NCBI RefSeq assembly: GCF_024298765.1
Contig: NZ_CP101210.1
Strand: one strand, 5' to 3'
From: Escherichia coli
Lineage (GTDB): Bacteria > Pseudomonadota > Gammaproteobacteria > Enterobacterales > Enterobacteriaceae
Length of the DNA stretch: 64,000 nt
Shown: positions 32,407-42,289 of the stretch, piece after piece
How the letters are laid out: each line of letters starts with the position of its first letter
How positions within the stretch are numbered: the stretch's first letter is position 1
Made by a program: the position numbers and the translations under genes
Notes under the pieces: generated by a model
What the model saw: only the letters and a program-made list of their open reading frames with translations
Database searches by the model: none
What the model was told of the DNA's origin: nothing

Positions 32407-33285
32407 ATGAGCGACGACAATTCACACAGTAGTGACACGATAAGCAACAAGAAGGGATTTTTCTCCCTGTTACTCAGCCAACTTTTCCACGGTGAACCGA
32501 AAAACCGTGACGAACTGCTGGCGCTGATCCGTGATTCCGGGCAGAACGACCTTATCGACGAAGATACGCGCGATATGCTCGAAGGGGTGATGGACATCGC
32601 AGACCAACGCGTTCGCGACATCATGATCCCCCGCTCCCAGATGATTACCCTGAAACGCAACCAGACGCTGGACGAATGCCTTGATGTCATCATCGAGTCC
32701 GCCCACTCACGTTTCCCGGTGATTAGCGAAGACAAAGATCACATTGAAGGGATTCTGATGGCGAAAGACTTGCTGCCGTTTATGCGCAGCGATGCTGAAG
32801 CCTTCAGCATGGACAAAGTGTTACGTCAGGCGGTTGTCGTTCCTGAAAGTAAGCGCGTAGACCGGATGCTGAAAGAGTTTCGCTCTCAGCGTTACCACAT
32901 GGCGATCGTCATTGACGAATTCGGTGGGGTTTCCGGTCTGGTGACCATTGAAGACATCCTGGAACTGATTGTTGGTGAGATTGAAGACGAGTATGACGAA
33001 GAAGATGATATCGACTTCCGTCAGCTGAGTCGTCATACCTGGACCGTGCGCGCACTGGCTTCTATTGAAGACTTCAACGAAGCGTTCGGCACCCACTTTA
33101 GCGATGAAGAGGTTGACACTATCGGTGGTCTGGTGATGCAGGCATTTGGGCATCTTCCGGCGCGTGGCGAAACCATCGACATCGACGGTTACCAGTTCAA
33201 AGTGGCGATGGCCGACAGTCGGCGTATTATTCAGGTTCATGTCAAAATCCCGGATGACTCACCCCAGCCGAAGCTGGATGAATAA
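32407..33285 (+). CDS. corC: Mg/Co efflux-associated protein CorC (YbeX), CBS-pair plus CorC_HlyC domains
   Basis: 292 aa matching YbeX. Confidence 0.9.
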   Translation: MSDDNSHSSDTISNKKGFFSLLLSQLFHGEPKNRDELLALIRDSGQNDLIDEDTRDMLEGVMDIADQRVRDIMIPRSQMITLKRNQTLDECLDVIIESAHSRFPVISEDKDHIEGILMAKDLLPFMRSDAEAFSMDKVLRQAVVVPESKRVDRMLKEFRSQRYHMAIVIDEFGGVSGLVTIEDILELIVGEIEDEYDEEDDIDFRQLSRHTWTVRALASIEDFNEAFGTHFSDEEVDTIGGLVMQAFGHLPARGETIDIDGYQFKVAMADSRRIIQVHVKIPDDSPQPKLDE

Positions 33286-33309
33286 AACCGAAACTGGATA
33301 GATAACTAC

Positions 33310-34848
33310 ATGGCTTTTGCCTCATTAATTGAACGCCAGCGCATTCGCCTGCTGCTGGCGTTATTATTCGGTGCCTGCGGAACGCTGGCCTTCTCTCCTT
33401 ACGACGTCTGGCCTGCGGCGATTATTTCGCTGATGGGGCTTCAGGCGTTGACCTTTAACCGCCGTCCACTCCAGTCTGCCGCTATTGGCTTTTGCTGGGG
33501 ATTTGGCCTCTTTGGCAGCGGTATTAACTGGGTCTATGTCAGCATCGCGACCTTTGGCGGAATGCCTGGCCCGGTTAACATCTTCCTGGTGGTACTGCTG
33601 GCGGCGTATTTGTCGCTGTATACCGGACTGTTTGCTGGCGTGCTGTCGCGTCTGTGGCCGAAAACCACCTGGCTGCGCGTGGCGATTGCCGCCCCTGCTC
33701 TCTGGCAAGTGACCGAGTTTCTGCGCGGTTGGGTACTAACAGGCTTCCCGTGGTTACAGTTCGGCTATAGCCAGATTGATGGCCCGTTAAAAGGGCTGGC
33801 ACCGATAATGGGCGTGGAAGCCATTAACTTCCTGCTGATGATGGTTAGCGGCCTGCTGGCACTGGCGTTGGTCAAACGCAACTGGCGTCCGCTGGTGGTG
33901 GCCGTCGTGCTGTTTGCCCTTCCCTTCCCGCTGCGTTACATCCAGTGGTTTACCCCGCAACCGGAAAAAACTATTCAGGTTTCGATGGTTCAGGGCGATA
34001 TTCCGCAATCGCTGAAATGGGACGGAGACCAGCTACTTAATACGCTGAAGATATACTACAACGCAACGGCACCGCTGATGGGCAAATCATCGTTGATTAT
34101 CTGGCCGGAGTCGGCGATAACCGATCTGGAAATTAATCAGCAACCGTTCCTCAAAGCTCTGGACGGTGAGTTGCGCGATAAAGGGAGCTCGCTGGTCACC
34201 GGGATTGTCGACGCGCGTCTCAATAAACAGAACCGCTACGATACCTACAACACCATCATCACACTGGGTAAAGGCGCACCGTACAGCTATGAATCAGCCG
34301 ATCGCTATAACAAAAACCATCTGGTGCCGTTTGGCGAGTTTGTCCCACTGGAGTCGATACTGCGTCCGTTAGCACCGTTCTTTGATTTGCCGATGTCTTC
34401 ATTCAGCCGCGGACCATATATTCAGCCACCGCTGTCGTTGAATGGCATTCAACTTACTGCGGCCATTTGCTACGAAATCATTCTCGGCGAGCAAGTGCGC
34501 GATAACTTCCGCCCGGATACCGACTATCTGCTGACTATCTCCAACGATGCGTGGTTTGGTAAGTCTATTGGTCCATGGCAGCACTTCCAGATGGCGCGAA
34601 TGCGTGCGCTGGAGCTGGCGCGCCCACTGTTGCGCAGCACCAACAACGGCATTACGGCGGTGATTGGCCCGCAGGGTGAGATTCAGGCGATGATCCCGCA
34701 GTTCACCCGCGAGGTGTTAACCACTAACGTGACGCCGACTACCGGACTCACACCGTACGCACGTACCGGCAACTGGCCGCTGTGGGTGCTGACGGCACTG
34801 TTTGGTTTTGCAGCTGTGCTGATGAGTCTGCGAGCACGTAAACATTAA
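33310..34848 (+). CDS. lnt: Apolipoprotein N-acyltransferase
   Basis: 512 aa; polytopic N-terminal region plus C-terminal nitrilase-like domain. Confidence 0.95.
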   Translation: MAFASLIERQRIRLLLALLFGACGTLAFSPYDVWPAAIISLMGLQALTFNRRPLQSAAIGFCWGFGLFGSGINWVYVSIATFGGMPGPVNIFLVVLLAAYLSLYTGLFAGVLSRLWPKTTWLRVAIAAPALWQVTEFLRGWVLTGFPWLQFGYSQIDGPLKGLAPIMGVEAINFLLMMVSGLLALALVKRNWRPLVVAVVLFALPFPLRYIQWFTPQPEKTIQVSMVQGDIPQSLKWDGDQLLNTLKIYYNATAPLMGKSSLIIWPESAITDLEINQQPFLKALDGELRDKGSSLVTGIVDARLNKQNRYDTYNTIITLGKGAPYSYESADRYNKNHLVPFGEFVPLESILRPLAPFFDLPMSSFSRGPYIQPPLSLNGIQLTAAICYEIILGEQVRDNFRPDTDYLLTISNDAWFGKSIGPWQHFQMARMRALELARPLLRSTNNGITAVIGPQGEIQAMIPQFTREVLTTNVTPTTGLTPYARTGNWPLWVLTALFGFAAVLMSLRARKH

Positions 34849-34897
34849 TGTGCCTGATGTATCCGGCATGAACAAAACATACTTTCTCATTGAGTTG

Positions 34898-34925
34898 TGG
34901 GGCATGATTATCATGCCCTTTTTTC
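34898..34925 (+). terminator. Terminator after lnt
   Basis: Hairpin gggcatga-tta-tcatgccc followed by a T-run; abuts the stop of the convergent rhomboid gene. Confidence 0.6.
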
Positions 34926-36803
34926 TTACGGTTCAGGGATACAAGCCACATCGCCATATTGGGGATGCCGAATAATTGCCTGCGGATCAAGCGAGCGCGT
35001 CCTGTCCATTTGGATTAACCTGTTCTTCGCCATAACAAATATCTTTCTACCATCCGCTGAAAAACGAAGGTGATTAACGTAGCTGGCAGGATAAACGCCA
35101 ATAATCTGCCCGGCATTAATATTGAGCAGGATGACATAACCTTGCAGGCCATATGACACCAACGCTAAATATTGACCGTCCGGGCTAATACCCTCAACGG
35201 AATAAACGCTCCTGCTACACCATTGCGTCATAATGCTGGCTTGTTGATCCCCTACGCTTATACGTGAAATCCCCTGGCTATCGGCAAAAATAATCTCGCC
35301 ATTTTTTGGTCGGAATCCCATCGCAGAAACGATACCACGCGCATCACCTGTGGGAAAGTCTTCTTTCTGATGCGTGATGGTATTGATGCGTACAATGTCG
35401 CCTCTGACCATACCGGGTATCAACAATGTTTTTTCATCCGGGGAAAGTGCCATAACCCAGGCGCCTGGTTTACCGCTCGTCCCCGTCCCGTCGTATTTCT
35501 CCAGCGGGATATCCGTCACATGCTGATAAGTCACCAGATCAATGGCTGACACACTATTACTGGTGCGATTCATCACCCAGGCTTTTGTGCCATCACGCGA
35601 GAGGATAAGGCTGTCAGGATGGGCGCCGGTGGTAATCGACTGAATAATCTCCCCCGTCGCCACGTTAATGACCGATACTGCATTCGCTTCAAATGAAGTC
35701 GCATAAATCAACTTTTCATCCAGGCTTAATGCCAGCGATCTGACGCCCTGATCTTTACAGCCACCACAATGTTTGACTGACTTTTCTTTCGCTATGGGCG
35801 CTGTAAAGGTATGCAGGATTTTCTTTTGTCCGAGGTCGAAAACAACAATGCTGTTGGTGTTTTCAATTGCGGCATACAACGTATTACCATCCCGACTGAT
35901 CGCCATATCATGGATATCGGCAATCTCAGCGAGTAAATCACCACTGGCCTGCTCACGACTTACCGGAGCGGATAATGTTTCCCTGAGGGCGTTGCGCTCC
36001 TCCACTAACTGCTGCTTTTTTTGTCGTCGCTCTTGTTCAATCTCCTGCGGATAAAACGCTTCACGCAGGCTTTGCCTGACCTGTAAAACTGATTCATCAA
36101 TCTGCTGCTGCACAAACCAGATAGTCCCGGTCAGAAGAAGAGTGACCGCAACAATAATCCCGCCTTCCGTAACGAGCCGATTTTGCCCAACTAAACGCGC
36201 ACTCAGCCAACCCAACGCGCCCCCCGCAATCAGGCCGCCAATGTGGCAAGCGTTATCTATTCCTGCTTGCCGGGCACCATACAACAGTGTCAGCGCCACC
36301 ATACCCAACAGAGAAAATACTCGCCGCTGGTTTTTATGGTGTGTACCCGCACCTGAAGAAAGCTGTGTTGCTATCGCAGCGCCCGCTATTCCCATAATTG
36401 CCCCGGATGCCCCAACGCTGATGACTATCTGCTCACTTTCGTGTAACGCATAACAGGCGCTGATCAGCCCACCAAAGATGCCGGAGAATAACCAGATAAT
36501 CAGGAGTCGCCATTTCCCCAGAATACGTTCCACCGCTCCCCCCACCACCAGGAGTGCAAACATATTCATCAGCAAATGAGAAACACTGCTGTGCAGAAAG
36601 ACACTGCTCAATAAGCGCCAGGATTCACCCGACAACGTGAGAGAAGCAACGTTAGCACCGAGATGGATAAGTGCGGATTGATCGACTTCTTCATAACTCA
36701 TCCATTGTGCGAGGTAACAAAATATCCCAACACAGAGCGCAAAAAGGATAAGGGTTATTGCGGGTAATTGAACATTTAACGGCTTAACCGAAGATGCAGA
36801 CAT
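34926..36803 (-). CDS. Rhomboid-family intramembrane serine protease fused to a C-terminal seven-repeat beta-propeller (625 aa)
   Basis: N-terminal ~230 aa has the rhomboid hallmarks: WR motif in loop L1 (SWRLL), TM2 HxxxN plus GGAVE, catalytic Ser in GASGA, catalytic His in NACHIGGLIAGGA, and an extra seventh TM. A charged linker follows, then seven S-x-D-G... repeats resembling YVTN beta-propeller blades. Confidence 0.75.
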   Translation of the reverse strand: MSASSVKPLNVQLPAITLILFALCVGIFCYLAQWMSYEEVDQSALIHLGANVASLTLSGESWRLLSSVFLHSSVSHLLMNMFALLVVGGAVERILGKWRLLIIWLFSGIFGGLISACYALHESEQIVISVGASGAIMGIAGAAIATQLSSGAGTHHKNQRRVFSLLGMVALTLLYGARQAGIDNACHIGGLIAGGALGWLSARLVGQNRLVTEGGIIVAVTLLLTGTIWFVQQQIDESVLQVRQSLREAFYPQEIEQERRQKKQQLVEERNALRETLSAPVSREQASGDLLAEIADIHDMAISRDGNTLYAAIENTNSIVVFDLGQKKILHTFTAPIAKEKSVKHCGGCKDQGVRSLALSLDEKLIYATSFEANAVSVINVATGEIIQSITTGAHPDSLILSRDGTKAWVMNRTSNSVSAIDLVTYQHVTDIPLEKYDGTGTSGKPGAWVMALSPDEKTLLIPGMVRGDIVRINTITHQKEDFPTGDARGIVSAMGFRPKNGEIIFADSQGISRISVGDQQASIMTQWCSRSVYSVEGISPDGQYLALVSYGLQGYVILLNINAGQIIGVYPASYVNHLRFSADGRKIFVMAKNRLIQMDRTRSLDPQAIIRHPQYGDVACIPEP

Positions 36804-37257
36804 AAGGTGATTCTTCCTTGAAAAGACAGGTAAAAAGCATTTTTCCCGTGTGCAGTTATCATCCCGGCAAACGTCCCATGCCGAAAAGATAACCCTGTCC
36901 GAAATATGACTATTTCAGCCTAACATTACAATCGTAATTAATTCACCTATAAGTATTTTTTGGCATGTAAGTTGCTTTATTTACTGTGTAAGCAATGAAA
37001 TCAGCCGCGACGCAACCGGGTTGCACCACCACAAATCAGCGGTAGCACCAAAAAGGTGCGATTTAAGAATTTTGCTTCGGAATGGTGCGGCGCATCTCGC
37101 AAAAACAAACAATAAAACAGCAATATCTTTACATTTAGCCAAACTAAATGTTACCTAACAAGCACAACACTGCACAATAAAGTTGCAGATGATAACAACA
37201 CAAACACTCACAACGGGTATCCATGCGTTCTTAACGCAGAAGATAAAGGAGTTGGAT

Positions 37258-38166
37258 ATGCAATTACGTAAACCTGCCACAGCAATCCTGGCCCTGGCGC
37301 TTTCCGCAGGACTGGCACAGGCAGATGACGCCGCCCCGGCAGCAGGCAGTACGCTGGACAAAATCGCCAAAAACGGCGTGATTGTCGTCGGTCACCGTGA
37401 ATCTTCAGTACCTTTCTCTTATTACGACAATCAGCAAAAAGTGGTGGGCTACTCGCAGGATTACTCCAACGCCATTGTTGAAGCAGTGAAAAAGAAACTC
37501 AACAAACCAGACTTACAGGTGAAATTGATTCCGATCACCTCACAAAACCGTATTCCACTGCTGCAAAACGGCACTTTCGATTTTGAATGCGGTTCTACCA
37601 CCAACAATGCCGAACGCCAAAAACAGGCGGCTTTCTCTGACACTATTTTCGTGGTCGGTACGCGCCTGCTGACCAAAAAGGGCGGCGATATCAAAGATTT
37701 TGCCGACCTGAAAGGCAAAGCCGTAGTCGTCACTTCCGGCACCACCTCTGAAGTTTTGCTCAACAAACTGAATGAAGAGCAAAAAATGAATATGCGCATC
37801 ATCAGCGCCAAAGATCACGGTGACTCTTTCCGTACCCTGGAAAGCGGTCGTGCCGTTGCCTTTATGATGGATGATGCTCTGCTGGCCGGTGAACGTGCGA
37901 AAGCGAAGAAACCAGACAACTGGGAAATCGTCGGCAAGCCGCAGTCTCAGGAAGCCTATGGTTGCATGTTGCGTAAAGACGATCCGCAGTTCAAAAAGCT
38001 GATGGATGATACCATCGCTCAGGTGCAGACCTCCGGTGAAGCGGAAAAATGGTTTGATAAGTGGTTCAAAAATCCAATTCCGCCGAAAAACCTGAACATG
38101 AATTTCGAACTGTCAGACGAAATGAAAGCACTGTTCAAAGAACCGAATGACAAGGCACTGAACTAA
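37258..38166 (+). CDS. gltI: Glutamate/aspartate ABC transporter periplasmic binding protein (302 aa)
   Basis: Signal peptide MQLRKPATAILALALSAGLAQA; start placed at the internal ATG. Confidence 0.95.
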   Translation: MQLRKPATAILALALSAGLAQADDAAPAAGSTLDKIAKNGVIVVGHRESSVPFSYYDNQQKVVGYSQDYSNAIVEAVKKKLNKPDLQVKLIPITSQNRIPLLQNGTFDFECGSTTNNAERQKQAAFSDTIFVVGTRLLTKKGGDIKDFADLKGKAVVVTSGTTSEVLLNKLNEEQKMNMRIISAKDHGDSFRTLESGRAVAFMMDDALLAGERAKAKKPDNWEIVGKPQSQEAYGCMLRKDDPQFKKLMDDTIAQVQTSGEAEKWFDKWFKNPIPPKNLNMNFELSDEMKALFKEPNDKALN

Positions 38167-38323
38167 TTACAAGAACCAGGGGCGGAAATTCCAGCCCTCT
38201 CGATTGTTACGTAGCACGGACAGACTATACGCCTGGTGGTCGTTCCCCATCGGGCCTGAAAACCGCAATACGCTGGGTAACAATCTTCGAGGGTAGCAGT
38301 TAACGCTGCTACCCTCTTTTTTC
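38165..38323 (+). ncRNA. sroC: Probable SroC sRNA (gltI 3' UTR-derived); 5' end approximate
   Basis: gltI-gltJ intergenic region ending in a strong terminator (gagggtagcag-ttaacg-ctgctaccctc followed by TTTTTT); location matches the known SroC locus. Confidence 0.45.
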
Positions 38324-38335
38324 TGGAGTAGATTT

Positions 38336-39076
38336 ATGTCTATAGACTGGAACTGGGGTATTTTTTTACAACAAGCCCCGTTCGGCAACACCACCTATCT
38401 TGGTTGGATCTGGAGTGGTTTTCAGGTGACGATCGCTTTGTCGATCTGCGCCTGGATTATCGCTTTCCTCGTCGGTTCATTTTTCGGCATTTTACGTACC
38501 GTTCCAAACCGTTTTCTCTCCGGTCTGGGTACGTTGTATGTCGAACTGTTCCGCAACGTGCCGTTGATTGTGCAATTCTTTACCTGGTACCTGGTGATCC
38601 CGGAGCTGCTGCCAGAGAAAATCGGCATGTGGTTTAAGGCAGAGCTGGATCCCAATATTCAGTTTTTCCTTTCATCCATGCTCTGCCTGGGGCTGTTTAC
38701 CGCCGCCCGTGTTTGCGAACAGGTACGCGCCGCTATTCAGTCGCTGCCGCGTGGGCAAAAAAATGCCGCGCTGGCGATGGGTCTGACGCTACCGCAGGCT
38801 TACCGCTACGTACTGCTGCCTAATGCTTATCGCGTTATCGTCCCGCCGATGACCTCAGAGATGATGAACCTGGTGAAAAACTCCGCCATCGCCTCGACTA
38901 TCGGTCTGGTGGATATGGCGGCGCAGGCGGGTAAATTGCTCGATTACTCGGCCCACGCCTGGGAGTCGTTTACCGCCATCACGCTGGCGTATGTATTGAT
39001 TAACGCTTTTATCATGCTGGTGATGACGCTGGTTGAACGTAAAGTTCGTCTGCCCGGCAACATGGGGGGCAAATAA
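38336..39076 (+). CDS. gltJ: Glutamate/aspartate ABC transporter permease
   Basis: 246-aa polytopic permease. Confidence 0.95.
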
Positions 39077-39750
39077 TGTACGAGTTTGACTGGAGTTCCA
39101 TTGTTCCTTCCCTGCCATATCTGCTCGACGGGCTGGTGATCACGCTGAAAATCACCGTCACGGCAGTGGTGATTGGTATTTTGTGGGGCACCATGCTGGC
39201 GGTGATGCGCTTGTCCAGCTTTGCGCCTGTTGCGTGGTTTGCCAAAGCCTATGTTAACGTATTCCGCTCGATTCCTTTAGTCATGGTTTTGCTGTGGTTT
39301 TACCTGATTGTGCCGGGATTTCTGCAAAACGTGCTGGGATTATCGCCAAAAAATGATATCCGTTTAATTTCGGCAATGGTGGCGTTTTCGATGTTTGAAG
39401 CGGCCTACTATTCAGAGATTATCCGTGCCGGTATTCAAAGTATTTCCCGTGGTCAGTCGAGCGCCGCGCTGGCGTTGGGGATGACTCACTGGCAGTCGAT
39501 GAAACTGATTATTCTGCCGCAGGCTTTCCGCGCGATGGTGCCGCTGCTACTCACTCAGGGCATCGTACTGTTCCAGGATACCTCGCTGGTGTATGTGTTA
39601 TCTCTGGCCGATTTCTTCCGTACCGCTTCAACCATTGGTGAGCGTGATGGTACGCAGGTTGAGATGATCCTGTTTGCCGGATTTGTTTATTTCGTTATTA
39701 GCCTTAGCGCGTCGTTGTTGGTCAGCTACTTGAAAAGAAGGACAGCATAA
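39076..39750 (+). CDS. gltK: Glutamate/aspartate ABC transporter permease
   Basis: 224-aa polytopic permease; start overlaps the gltJ stop. Confidence 0.95.
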
Positions 39751-40475
39751 TGATTACCCTGAAAAATGTTTCAAAATGGTATGGTCACTTTCAGGTGCTG
39801 ACCGACTGCTCAACCGAAGTGAAAAAAGGCGAAGTGGTGGTGGTTTGCGGCCCGTCTGGTTCCGGCAAATCAACGCTGATTAAAACCGTCAACGGCCTCG
39901 AACCGGTGCAGCAAGGTGAAATCACCGTCGATGGCATCGTGGTTAACGACAAGAAAACCGATCAGGCAAAGCTGCGTTCCCGCGTCGGGATGGTATTCCA
40001 GCATTTCGAGCTGTTCCCTCATCTGTCGATTATCGAAAACCTGACCCTGGCGCAGGTGAAAGTGCTTAAACGCGATAAAGCGCCGGCTCGTGAAAAAGCA
40101 TTGAAATTGCTGGAGCGCGTCGGGCTTTCCGCACATGCCAATAAGTTTCCGGCGCAGCTTTCCGGCGGTCAGCAGCAGCGTGTGGCGATCGCTCGCGCAT
40201 TGTGTATGGATCCTATTGCCATGCTGTTCGACGAACCGACATCGGCGCTGGATCCGGAGATGATCAACGAAGTGCTGGACGTGATGGTGGAACTGGCGAA
40301 CGAAGGAATGACCATGATGGTGGTGACCCACGAAATGGGCTTTGCCCGTAAAGTGGCGAATCGGGTGATCTTTATGGACGAGGGTAAAATTGTCGAAGAC
40401 TCGCCGAAAGACGCTTTCTTCGATGATCCGAAATCGGACCGCGCAAAAGACTTCCTCGCGAAAATCCTGCATTAA
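39750..40475 (+). CDS. gltL: Glutamate/aspartate ABC transporter ATPase
   Basis: Walker [12 protein letters not shown] signature LSGGQQQR, Walker B LLFDE. Confidence 0.95.
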   Translation: MITLKNVSKWYGHFQVLTDCSTEVKKGEVVVVCGPSGSGKSTLIKTVNGLEPVQQGEITVDGIVVNDKKTDQAKLRSRVGMVFQHFELFPHLSIIENLTLAQVKVLKRDKAPAREKALKLLERVGLSAHANKFPAQLSGGQQQRVAIARALCMDPIAMLFDEPTSALDPEMINEVLDVMVELANEGMTMMVVTHEMGFARKVANRVIFMDEGKIVEDSPKDAFFDDPKSDRAKDFLAKILH

Positions 40476-40592
40476 TCACTCTGGCGCGCATACCCAAGTG
40501 CGCGCCATCTCACGCTTTATCGTTTCGCTCCTCGTATCTGTTACATCCTGGCGGTACCCTTGTCGCAAAGAAGCACACAACAAGGAGCAACA

Positions 40593-41528
40593 ATGGCACT
40601 GCCAATTCTGTTAGATTGCGACCCAGGTCATGACGACGCTATCGCAATAGTTCTTGCCCTCGCCTCACCAGAGCTTGATGTCAAAGCAATTACGTCTTCC
40701 GCCGGAAACCAGACACCAGAAAAAACCTTACGCAATGTTCTGCGTATGCTGACCTTGCTTAATCGCACCGATATTCCGGTAGCAGGCGGCGCGGTAAAAC
40801 CGTTAATGCGTAATTTGATTATTGCGGACAATGTGCACGGCGAAAGCGGTCTCGACGGCCCGGCATTACCGGAACCGACGTTCGCACCGCAAAACTGTAC
40901 GGCGGTGGAGCTGATGGCGAAAACGCTGTGTGAAAGTGAGGAACCTATCACCATTGTTTCAACCGGACCGCAAACTAACGTTGCCTTGCTGCTCAATAGC
41001 CACCCGGAACTGCATAGCAAAATTGCCCGTATCGTGATTATGGGCGGCGCAATGGGGCTTGGTAACTGGACGCCTGCGGCTGAATTTAATATTTACGTTG
41101 ACCCGGAAGCGGCAGAAATTGTCTTCCAGTCAGGAATTCCGGTGGTGATGGCCGGTCTGGATGTTACTCACAAAGCACAAATCCACGTTGAAGACACTGA
41201 GCGTTTCCGCGCGATTGGCAACCCTGTTTCAACCATTGTTGCCGAACTGCTGGATTTCTTCCTCGAATATCATAAAGACGAAAAATGGGGCTTTGTCGGC
41301 GCACCACTGCATGACCCATGCACCATCGCCTGGCTGTTGAAACCGGAGTTGTTTACCACTGTTGAGCGCTGGGTTGGCGTGGAAACACAAGGGAAATATA
41401 CCCAGGGTATGACGGTTGTTGATTATTATTATCTGACTGGCAATAAACCGAATGCCACCGTAATGGTCGATGTTGATCGTCAGGGCTTTGTTGATTTACT
41501 GGCTGATCGTCTGAAATTTTACGCTTAA
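40593..41528 (+). CDS. rihA: Pyrimidine-specific ribonucleoside hydrolase RihA (311 aa)
   Basis: N-terminal DxDxxxDD fingerprint ([12 protein letters not shown]). Confidence 0.9.
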   Translation: MALPILLDCDPGHDDAIAIVLALASPELDVKAITSSAGNQTPEKTLRNVLRMLTLLNRTDIPVAGGAVKPLMRNLIIADNVHGESGLDGPALPEPTFAPQNCTAVELMAKTLCESEEPITIVSTGPQTNVALLLNSHPELHSKIARIVIMGGAMGLGNWTPAAEFNIYVDPEAAEIVFQSGIPVVMAGLDVTHKAQIHVEDTERFRAIGNPVSTIVAELLDFFLEYHKDEKWGFVGAPLHDPCTIAWLLKPELFTTVERWVGVETQGKYTQGMTVVDYYYLTGNKPNATVMVDVDRQGFVDLLADRLKFYA

Positions 41529-41572
41529 TCACTCGCCGGATGACATCACGCCATCCGGCACCACTCATTTCA

Positions 41573-42055
41573 TTACGGCTCGAACGGACGTCTCTGGAAC
41601 TGATCATGACCACATTTCGGGCATAGCGTCAGCACTTCCGGTGTATAGATCGGGAGATGGAAGTGACATTTCTCGCAGACCAGATTTCCCAGCCCTACCA
41701 CTTCTCCGCTGTGATAAACCCCGTGATGATTGAGGTCCTGGAAAACTTCGCGCCATTCAAGCTGCGTTTTATCGGTGATGTCTGCCAGCTCCTGCCACAA
41801 GCTTTCTTTAATCACCCGCATAAAGACGCTGTCAGATTCTTCTTTCAGGCTCTCTTCATAGCTCATGGCGAACTCTTCCAGGTCACGTCTGACAGCTCGC
41901 GTCAGCTCATCGACCTCGGTTCGCGTTAACTCCCCTGTTTTTATTACGCGCTCGCGCGCCTGTTCCACCAGTGCGTCGATATCACGTTCGCCATTGCGCA
42001 GGCGTTCGCTCAGTGACGCGACCAGTTCACGGTAATATTGAGCAACCTTGTTCAT
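41573..42055 (-). CDS. ybeL: Zinc-ribbon-containing protein YbeL (160 aa)
   Basis: Matches YbeL; C-terminal CxxC...CxxC pair. Confidence 0.8.
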   Translation of the reverse strand: MNKVAQYYRELVASLSERLRNGERDIDALVEQARERVIKTGELTRTEVDELTRAVRRDLEEFAMSYEESLKEESDSVFMRVIKESLWQELADITDKTQLEWREVFQDLNHHGVYHSGEVVGLGNLVCEKCHFHLPIYTPEVLTLCPKCGHDQFQRRPFEP

Positions 42056-42289
42056 CGTTTCATCTCCCGGGTCGTTAACTGACTATAATAATAGACGTTC
42101 TTTGTTCCTTGCTTTGCTAATACGCCCACAAACTCTGTAAATTAATGTATGAATAATCCGGGCATCATTTCAACGTCGAGTGCGCGAAAGGCTGTTTTGA
42201 CGCGGACGTTTGGGCTATGCTATGCGGATCTGAAAAACCACCTCAACGCTACATTTGTAGCCGTATTGAAAACAGGACCACTGGCTGCC

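Noticed and set aside
36804-37257. Small ORFs (for example a 16-codon MKSAATQPGCTTTNQR) between the rhomboid gene and gltI
   Set aside because: Very short with no recognisable RBS or conservation evidence; the region is more plausibly promoter and leader for gltI and the rhomboid gene
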